Shown here piece by piece: positions 1-6,839 of a DNA stretch of 64,000 nucleotides. The stretch lies in the sequence record MZ443783.1; one strand, given 5' to 3'. How positions within the stretch are numbered: position 1 is the first letter of the stretch; each line of letters opens with the position of its first letter. The notes under the pieces are model-generated. The model searched no databases, had not been told where the DNA came from, and saw only the letters and a program-made list of their open reading frames with translations. Position numbers and translations under genes: made by a program.

Positions 1-281
1 CCGTTTGAATCGTAGCACTGAACAATAGGCGTACCCGTGTTCATGTTGTGCGCGATCTCCCAGCGGCTTGAAGCAGACGCCTGAGAGTAACGGTACATCG
101 TCATCTGTTGAGTTAACGGTACCCAGATAGGCAGGTCAGCGATCTCAACACAGAACATCAGTCGCTTGTCCATGAAGATTGCCATGCCAGGCTGAGGGTT
201 GTCTGGCCAGTCTTGCACTTCTTCGAATTTGAAGTTCTTGATCGAGCCAAACTCTAAGTCTAAAGTCCCAACGACTTTCAT
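1..281 (-). CDS. Partial virion structural protein (runs off the window start); N-terminus similar to that of the 355-1980 protein
   Basis: Hand translation: MKVVGTLDLEFGSIKNFKFEEVQDWPDNPQPG...WEIAHNMNTGTPIVQCYDSNG; AGGAG Shine-Dalgarno (SD) upstream; not in the ORF track because it is truncated. Confidence 0.8.
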   Translation of the reverse strand, partial: MKVVGTLDLEFGSIKNFKFEEVQDWPDNPQPGMAIFMDKRLMFCVEIADLPIWVPLTQQMTMYRYSQASASSRWEIAHNMNTGTPIVQCYDSN

Positions 282-300
282 AAATCATCTCCTGAAAGGT

Positions 301-329
301 AAAAAGGGCAGGCAGATGCCCACCCCTTT
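301..329 (-). terminator. Intrinsic terminator
   Basis: Minus strand GGGTGGGC-ATCT-GCCTGCCC followed by TTTTT, just after the stop of 355-1980. Confidence 0.75.
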
Positions 330-354
330 ATTATGTTACGGCTGTCGTTGTCGC

Positions 355-1980
355 TTAGGCTTCTGGTTCAACGTAGGTGTTGGTGCCAGTTACGAATGCG
401 ATTGCAACTTTCTTCGCGGTGGTCAGCTCTACACGCAGGCTGTTCGCGTCGATGAACACAACTTCGTCAGGGATGATCTGGTAGCCAGTATCATCAACAA
501 CGGTGACGGTACCGAACTTGTGGCCAGCGTTGTGGGTGAAGGTGTGTGCAGTAGCAGCAACGTCACCGCTCGCAGTTTTGTCGTACTGGTAAACTTTAGC
601 AGCAGAACCGCTAGAGCCAGCAGCGATTGCATCGGTAACGAACTTCTTGCTCACCGCAGAGTTGTCGGTGTAGTCAGCGCTGTCGCCAGTCAGAGTAATC
701 TGAGCAACGTCACCACCAGTAGCGTCGATGAAGCCACCAGCAGTTTTAACAGCAGCAACATCAACGATGATTTTGCTGTTATCAACGTCCTGTTTCAGGC
801 CGGTACCCAGTGCAGCAGCAGCGATCTGGCCATAGCCCACACCGCCGTCAGCGATTGCGATACCGTCAACAGAGCGAGACAGAGTAGCGCCGTCCAGCTT
901 AACGCGAGTGCTGCCTGCGTTATCCTCCAGACCGCCGTTAGCGTCCAGTTTAGCAGTCACGGCATTGCTGGTGATCTGAATACCAGCGCCGACTTTAACG
1001 TTAACAACGTTACCAGCTTTTTCCAGACCGTCGCCAGCGTTGAACTCAGAAGCACCGCCGAAGGTAGTCCACTCAGTACCATCGAAACGACGATACTCTT
1101 TGATATCTTTAACCCAGGTAACCGCACCACCAGCTTCGCTGTCAGTTGGGTCGAACACGATAACGAACGCAGTGCCGTTATAGCGAACGATCATGTTGTC
1201 AACCAGACCAGTGATAGAACCGAAGTTCGGGTTGATGGTATCAGCAGACAGGATGATGTACTGCTTACCATTTTCCAGAACAGGGTCCAGAGTGCCGTCT
1301 GCCTGAATACCATCAGAGTCTTTCAGCCAGTCGATGCCCGCGATAGCGTTGTCAATATCGATCTTACGAGCAGCGTCGTTCGGGTTAGCAGGAGCGGCCA
1401 GGTTAGCAACGGTATTACCGTTAGCGTCGAGGTCGCCAGTCAGTTGACCGTTAGCCGCATTCAGCTTACCACCCAGCGCAGTTTCGTTTGCGTTAGCTTT
1501 ATTGCTGACCGCAGTGATCTGAGACTGGAGGTTAGAGCTTGCGCCAGACAGATAGCCCAGCTCAGAAGCAGTGATGGTAGAGCTTTGCAGTTCAGAGTCA
1601 GCACCAGCGATAACAACCGCGTTCTCTGTCAGGCCGCTGATTTTGTCTTGCTTGGTAGCAACAACGGTTTCAACGTGTTTCTTGGAAACAGCCGCGTTGT
1701 CAGCAGAAGCAGACTGGTCAGGACCAGACAGTTCTAGGTCAGCAGTCATTGCAACAGAACCGTCAGCCAGGATAGCGCCTTCTACAGAACCGCCACCAGC
1801 GCCCAGTTCCTGAATTGCAGTACCGTCGAAGTATTTGTACTTCTTATCGGTGCTGTTGTACCACATGCGGGCTTCTTGTGCCGCGACCAGATCACCAACT
1901 ACAGGGTCGGCTGCAAGAACTTCTGGGCGGAAGTTCTTAATAGAGGCGCCGAGCATTAAATCAAGATTACCAGTACGCAT
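355..1980 (-). CDS. Virion fibre/structural protein (541 aa)
   Basis: AGGAG SD; coiled-coil segment; 'AGDGL..GN...VK' fibre-type repeats; C-terminal HTFTHNAG...VVDDTG domain. Confidence 0.75.
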   Translation of the reverse strand: MRTGNLDLMLGASIKNFRPEVLAADPVVGDLVAAQEARMWYNSTDKKYKYFDGTAIQELGAGGGSVEGAILADGSVAMTADLELSGPDQSASADNAAVSKKHVETVVATKQDKISGLTENAVVIAGADSELQSSTITASELGYLSGASSNLQSQITAVSNKANANETALGGKLNAANGQLTGDLDANGNTVANLAAPANPNDAARKIDIDNAIAGIDWLKDSDGIQADGTLDPVLENGKQYIILSADTINPNFGSITGLVDNMIVRYNGTAFVIVFDPTDSEAGGAVTWVKDIKEYRRFDGTEWTTFGGASEFNAGDGLEKAGNVVNVKVGAGIQITSNAVTAKLDANGGLEDNAGSTRVKLDGATLSRSVDGIAIADGGVGYGQIAAAALGTGLKQDVDNSKIIVDVAAVKTAGGFIDATGGDVAQITLTGDSADYTDNSAVSKKFVTDAIAAGSSGSAAKVYQYDKTASGDVAATAHTFTHNAGHKFGTVTVVDDTGYQIIPDEVVFIDANSLRVELTTAKKVAIAFVTGTNTYVEPEA

Positions 1981-2003
1981 TGTAAATCTCCTGTTGCGTG
2001 GGA

Positions 2004-2747
2004 TTAGAAGAACTGACTGTCACAACCATCAAGGCTACAACGTAACGCTTGATATGCAGTGGCACGTTCCTCCGTTAGATTGATATACTTATCGTCAATA
2101 TTGTACTTCACTCTAACAGGCACGTCGTACCCATCGAGCAGGCCGTGTCGCTTATAAGCATTCAGGCGTAGCACAGGTGAACTGACCTTAGCATGTTCCA
2201 TGATGTTCAGGTCAATCTTGTCGGCGTAAATGAATGGACGCTCTCGCTTACACATGATATAATCAATCTCATGCAAATTAAAGAGTGTGAAATTCATATA
2301 GCCAATAATGAACTCCGCAATCAGCCTGAATGAATCAAACATATCAGGCCTAAATTGTTGTGTGAGAATATGATCAACGTACGGTCTGATCTCGGTACGC
2401 ATCTCATACCAACTCTCACAGAACAATGCAGGGAAGTCTTCAGGGTGATGGGCCATAAGGCCCAACACTTCTTTCTCTGTATCTGCAAAGGAACTTAAAA
2501 TGTCTGAGGCATCGTCAGACGCCTCGACACCACGACCGGTCGAAATAAAACGACGCTCAATGTCTCTCAACCAAGATTCCGAAGCAGATAGGTATTGGAG
2601 CAGTGTTTCTCTCGCGGCAGCCGAGAACTCATGCCTGTCGGAGTCAAGAACCTCACCGAGCATGAAGGCTTTCGCTTTGTAGAAATCAATATAGCGCTCG
2701 GCGGTAAATCGTCGAAACCCTATGTTATTCCTCAAATAGCCCATCAT
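2004..2747 (-). CDS. Hypothetical protein (247 aa)
   Basis: Long ORF; 4-nt overlap with the upstream gene's stop. Confidence 0.7.
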   Translation of the reverse strand: MMGYLRNNIGFRRFTAERYIDFYKAKAFMLGEVLDSDRHEFSAAARETLLQYLSASESWLRDIERRFISTGRGVEASDDASDILSSFADTEKEVLGLMAHHPEDFPALFCESWYEMRTEIRPYVDHILTQQFRPDMFDSFRLIAEFIIGYMNFTLFNLHEIDYIMCKRERPFIYADKIDLNIMEHAKVSSPVLRLNAYKRHGLLDGYDVPVRVKYNIDDKYINLTEERATAYQALRCSLDGCDSQFF

Positions 2748-3259
2748 CGCAATGCCCTCAGATCATTCAACTCCGTGTTGCCTTGAGCGTTTGGAGTTGT
2801 GTAGAGAGAACTGGAGATGCTCTGCAATCTCAGCCCGAGCTTCTCAAGTTCTTGCTGGTTGCCACCTAACTTCTCAAGGACTTCACGCATAAGTTCAACG
2901 GAGCCTTGATGGTCGCGGGATTGCTGGGAAATGATTCGTTCGAAGCGCTGCATAGCACGGAGAACAGAGTTCAATCCCTCTTTCATATCCAAATTATCGA
3001 CTGGCGCAGAATCAGAAATTGACTGAATCATTCGCATCATCTGCGCCAAGTCGGCTTGCAATTCATCGCTATCTGTATTGATAGGACGACCTGCTTCTAG
3101 CTCTGCGTTACGCGCTTTCAATTGCTCCAGTTCTTCAAGCTGCGGCAGTAGCTTCAACCAAACGTATGCACCACCTGCGATTAGCAGAACTACAGAGAAG
3201 ACAGTCGCGTAGTTGGACGCAAGCAACTTGTCTAAAATTTCCGCCCACATTATATTCAA
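2744..3259 (-). CDS. Membrane protein, single N-terminal TM helix plus coiled coil (holin/spanin-like candidate)
   Basis: Hydrophobic YATVFSVVLLIAGGAYVWL followed by heptad-rich helices; coupled to neighbours. Confidence 0.6.
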   Translation of the reverse strand: MNIMWAEILDKLLASNYATVFSVVLLIAGGAYVWLKLLPQLEELEQLKARNAELEAGRPINTDSDELQADLAQMMRMIQSISDSAPVDNLDMKEGLNSVLRAMQRFERIISQQSRDHQGSVELMREVLEKLGGNQQELEKLGLRLQSISSSLYTTPNAQGNTELNDLRALR

Positions 3260-3540
3260 CCCTTACAGGTGTTATCGTTCAGATCAACAATGACCCTCTC
3301 GGCACCTGGTTCGTTTACGTCAGTGGTTTTGTACGTGTGCGCCATCCTAGGCTTGAACTCTAAGCAGCTCTGACCGTAACGTCCATCGACAACACAGATG
3401 GCAGACAGGCAACTCACATCTTCCTTGAGAATTAAATTTTCAGGAGACTGGTTGACACTCCTAACGGCAGTGATTACAAACCCAACCACAGCGATAGCAA
3501 TGACAACCACAATGGCAATCCTAATTCGCTTGGCTTGCAT
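3256..3540 (-). CDS. Small signal-anchored protein with four Cys (antiholin-like candidate)
   Basis: MQAKRIR followed by the hydrophobic IAIVVVIAIAVVGFVITAV; Cys-containing C-terminal domain; GAGG SD. Confidence 0.6.
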   Translation of the reverse strand: MQAKRIRIAIVVVIAIAVVGFVITAVRSVNQSPENLILKEDVSCLSAICVVDGRYGQSCLEFKPRMAHTYKTTDVNEPGAERVIVDLNDNTCKG

Positions 3541-3575
3541 TTTTGGTTCTACCTCACAGTCCTTTTATCTGACTG

Positions 3576-3583
3576 AAATTAGC
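3576..3583 (-). promoter_or_regulatory. Putative late promoter motif GCTAATTT
   Basis: Intergenic, about 36 nt upstream of the 3540 start; same motif recurs upstream of other operon starts. Confidence 0.5.
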
Positions 3584-3605
3584 GAACCACACGCCCTGCG
3601 AGGAT

Positions 3606-4634
3606 TTATTCCTCCAATACGCCACTAATCTCCGTAAACATATTTTTGTACACTAAACTCCCACCAAGTTTGTCCAATCTGTCCACCAGCACATATAGCT
3701 TCGGTGTCGTGCGCATGTTAGCCCACGTCTTCTCGTTCGGGTCGAGTCCGCCTACAGTAGGTACAATCACCAGACTGAGGTTTTTATTGGCGCGAACGAA
3801 ACCGATATCCAGATGCGTCCTGTTTATAGTCCTGATAAGCCTATTGATTGCGTCCAAACCAACAGGCTTGTTGAATTCCGTATCATTGACAGTGTTGACC
3901 AAACTAATGAGAATTCCTTTGTCTTTCGTGTCGATATCAAACAGGTCTGCTTTCAGATCTGCCACAGTCGATGCCGAGAAGTATGACACGTCGTGGTTAA
4001 GATCTTTCAGGCAGGAACCTAAGGCACGCGCCGATTCGATGTGAGCCACGTTGTCATCCCGAAGAATATACACAGGCGCATCAGGCTGGTGGGTGCGTTT
4101 CGATATCAAATCAATAAGCTCGCAAGAGGGTCGACCAACAGTAGCCAGCCCCTTGTTAGCAATATAGAATTTGTCACGATACACGTCATATATGTTAGGA
4201 GGCATATACTTCATGTAGTCATCGTCCAGACTAAGAATCATTCGAGGCTTAGTTAATTGAACGACCAACTGCATACTACGAAGCGAAGCCTTATACTCTG
4301 TATCGGAGAGCACACGACTAATCGGCAGATACTGCACAACCACAAAGCGTTCGTCGATTGAGTCAACGACAGACCGTATGAGTGTGCTGCCTAATGTAGG
4401 TCCAGCAGAGAACTGGGTAACGATCATCAAACTGCCTGCGACCAAGCTACGTGTCTTAGCTACCGTCTGACCGCTACCCAGCTCGACTACGGAGGACTCC
4501 CACGTTATGGCTGGATCGTCTCGTCCGCTATCGGCATGTACATAAGCTGTGCCACACCAGAGACAGGCTCCAAGAATGTAAGCAGCAATACGTTGTCCGG
4601 ATCGGCCTCTGCTGGATTGACCGTTTCGGGCCAT
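3606..4634 (-). CDS. Secreted/periplasmic protein resembling a periplasmic-binding-protein (ABC substrate-binding-like) fold
   Basis: Signal-peptide-like N-terminus (RIAAYILGACLWCGTAYVHA|D); strong GAGGAG SD; alternating beta/alpha segments; fold call is from sequence resemblance only. Confidence 0.55.
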   Translation of the reverse strand: MARNGQSSRGRSGQRIAAYILGACLWCGTAYVHADSGRDDPAITWESSVVELGSGQTVAKTRSLVAGSLMIVTQFSAGPTLGSTLIRSVVDSIDERFVVVQYLPISRVLSDTEYKASLRSMQLVVQLTKPRMILSLDDDYMKYMPPNIYDVYRDKFYIANKGLATVGRPSCELIDLISKRTHQPDAPVYILRDDNVAHIESARALGSCLKDLNHDVSYFSASTVADLKADLFDIDTKDKGILISLVNTVNDTEFNKPVGLDAINRLIRTINRTHLDIGFVRANKNLSLVIVPTVGGLDPNEKTWANMRTTPKLYVLVDRLDKLGGSLVYKNMFTEISGVLEE

Positions 4635-5332
4635 AGCACTTCTCCTCTCTCGTCAGTGACGTAAGGAATGCCGGCGCCTTTACCCAATCCATGTCGTAAA
4701 GCCCAAACAGTGTCGGCATTCTCCTGCACGAACACTAACCCTTTGACTTGCACATCGGACGTTGCATTCTCCAGTACCTCAACACGCTTCTCAAGAAGCT
4801 CGGCATCGGATTGCAGCACACGAATAGCAGACAGGTTAGAGTTAACGCGCTGGTTCATGTTGTTGAACATGGTGAAGAACGAGTTGTTCATCGCCGTGCG
4901 AACGCCGTCCGTATAGGACTTTGGAATTAGTTCATCGTTGTCAAACGTTGTTACGCCTGTACGCGCGAGAACTTTACCGGTAAGACGTCCACCACTTGCG
5001 CTGATAATCTGAGGAGCAGGCAAATCAGCCTCATCCCAGATTTGAACAGTGGTCATCACCGTATTGTAGTCGGTCTCTTCCTGCCACGTATTCTTATACG
5101 GTGCAGTAGCCGTTTTGGACTTACGACGCATGACTTTCTTATAGCCAGCGTTCGATCCATCGGCGATGATCCAGAGACCGTTCAGTGGAAATACGTGAGT
5201 AATAGGTTCGGCGAACGAAAGAATAATCGTAACGTCGGCGCCTACCTTGTACGCAATATCGTTCGACGCAGAAAGCCCTTGCTGTTGAGCAAGAGCAATC
5301 AGCGTGTCCACGTAGTTAGTCAACTGGCTCAT
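4505..5332 (-). CDS. Virion structural protein (275 aa) with C-terminal W-x-x-x-H-G/N-L domain
   Basis: AGGAG SD; C-terminal WALRHGLG...VTDERGEVLWPE...LTFLEPVSGVA resembles the C-terminus of 355-1980. Confidence 0.7.
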   Translation of the reverse strand: MSQLTNYVDTLIALAQQQGLSASNDIAYKVGADVTIILSFAEPITHVFPLNGLWIIADGSNAGYKKVMRRKSKTATAPYKNTWQEETDYNTVMTTVQIWDEADLPAPQIISASGGRLTGKVLARTGVTTFDNDELIPKSYTDGVRTAMNNSFFTMFNNMNQRVNSNLSAIRVLQSDAELLEKRVEVLENATSDVQVKGLVFVQENADTVWALRHGLGKGAGIPYVTDERGEVLWPETVNPAEADPDNVLLLTFLEPVSGVAQLMYMPIADETIQP

Positions 5333-5792
5333 CCGAAACTCCTAACGATTGTAAAAGTGAAGAACTTGTATCGGAGAAGGCCTTAGCTATTGCTTTAGCG
5401 GCAACCTTATCGACAACGAGAGTGCTGATTCGGCCTTTGGTGTTGCATACAATTGTCTGCGGTGCATACTGTGCAAGCGCCAAAGCGAATAGCAGATGGT
5501 TGCCTAGATCACCTGAGATAGAAACTTCCACGTCAAGTTCAGGCACGTAGATGTTCTGGTTGATTTCGGCAACAAACTGCGCCAGCGCAACAGGGTCGAA
5601 CTCGGGAAGCGCTGTATCATAATCCTCAACAAGATCAATCTGTCTTGTTTCGGGATAGTAACGAAATGCAGCAGGGTCAGAGAGGATGCGACCAAATAAA
5701 TCGTCGCTCACCTCGATGCAATACTCATCCGTCTTTTCACGTACACGACCAACAATGCTGTTGTTCGCTGGATTGATTCTGATAATAGGCAT
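5316..5792 (-). CDS. Hypothetical protein (possible fibre assembly factor)
   Basis: 158-aa ORF directly downstream of a collagen-like fibre gene. Confidence 0.65.
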   Translation of the reverse strand: MPIIRINPANNSIVGRVREKTDEYCIEVSDDLFGRILSDPAAFRYYPETRQIDLVEDYDTALPEFDPVALAQFVAEINQNIYVPELDVEVSISGDLGNHLLFALALAQYAPQTIVCNTKGRISTLVVDKVAAKAIAKAFSDTSSSLLQSLGVSDEPVD

Positions 5793-5794
5793 CG

Positions 5795-6616
5795 TTAGTC
5801 TCCCACTGCCGTGTACCAGAAGTCCCAGCCTACAGTATTGGTGCCGCTGGACTTAATGGTAAAGCCGCCTAACAAGGCGTTCTCGTTCACTGCACTAGTA
5901 CCATCAAGGTTGTAGAGCGTAAACGTCTTAGCCTGGTTCGTTGCAGCATTCAAGAACGTAATCTGAATGCTAAGGCAGCGGTTGATGAACGGGCTGTTGA
6001 AGATAACGTGAATGGTATCAGTGGTAGATTTGTTCACGATGCGACCCATGTTCTGAGTATAGCCCGTGTTCATATCTCTGTTACTACCGACCCATGCGTT
6101 TGGAATCACAGCACCTGTTACAGGGTCAAGTGCTTGCGCTGTTCGATACTCGTCGATAGCGGCATCACGCCCCGGGTTACCAGTAGGACCCGTCGCACCA
6201 GTAGGGCCGACTGCGCCCGTGTTACCAGTAGCGCCGACAGGACCAGTGTTACCCGTAGGACCATTACGTCCTCTTGGGCCACGAGGCCCGGGGCAACCGT
6301 CTTCACCATCGCGACCGTCACGACCGTCAGCACCAGGAAGACCGCGTAAGCCGTCTTTACCTTGCTTGCCTTCGCGCCCTGACTTTAGCTGGTCGGCAGT
6401 AGGCAAACCAATAACGTTCGTCTGACTGCCGTCCGGCCAAATGAGTGTTAACGTACCTGTTGTCGTATCGAACTGAGCACCCTGAGCACCTGGAATCTTC
6501 GCAGCTTCTTGCGGACTGATAAACGCGACCGCAGTAGAAGTCTTCTTACCTAACACTTTACCGACGGGGTCGGTGCCACCGTCGATGAGTGAAGGATTAA
6601 TGCGTGTTAAAGACAT
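5795..6616 (-). CDS. Collagen-like fibre protein (273 aa)
   Basis: About 25 G-X-Y triplets ([28 protein letters not shown]...GATGPTG); C-terminal fibre-tip-like domain. Confidence 0.85.
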   Translation of the reverse strand: MSLTRINPSLIDGGTDPVGKVLGKKTSTAVAFISPQEAAKIPGAQGAQFDTTTGTLTLIWPDGSQTNVIGLPTADQLKSGREGKQGKDGLRGLPGADGRDGRDGEDGCPGPRGPRGRNGPTGNTGPVGATGNTGAVGPTGATGPTGNPGRDAAIDEYRTAQALDPVTGAVIPNAWVGSNRDMNTGYTQNMGRIVNKSTTDTIHVIFNSPFINRCLSIQITFLNAATNQAKTFTLYNLDGTSAVNENALLGGFTIKSSGTNTVGWDFWYTAVGD

Positions 6617-6626
6617 GGGTGAGCTC

Positions 6627-6830
6627 CTAACCAGTCAGTGTTGTCCAATCAGGTTGACCCGATTGCCCGGCTTCTGGGTTTTTGACTTTCGTGTTATTGA
6701 TTGTCATACGAACCCAACGGACAGTACCGTCCGCATCTTGCCACCGAACCTTCGTGCCACCGTATGCTAAATTAGCTACCCATCTGTCTCTGCTTGGGTC
6801 TTTGAATGCTAAACGTGCATATGCAGGCAT
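6627..6830 (-). CDS. Small structural protein (67 aa)
   Basis: AGGAG SD; fills the gap between genes; Trp pattern resembles the N-terminus of 9760-11778. Confidence 0.7.
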   Translation of the reverse strand: MPAYARLAFKDPSRDRWVANLAYGGTKVRWQDADGTVRWVRMTINNTKVKNPEAGQSGQPDWTTLTG

Positions 6831-6839
6831 AAGTTCTCC

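Noticed and set aside
199-1737. 512-aa plus-strand ORF, and similar long antisense ORFs (e.g. 40714-42027, 43705-44607, 44952-45617, 51238-52098)
   Set aside because: They lie exactly opposite well-supported minus-strand genes and are Ser/Val/Arg-rich shadows of biased codon usage, with no recognisable motifs
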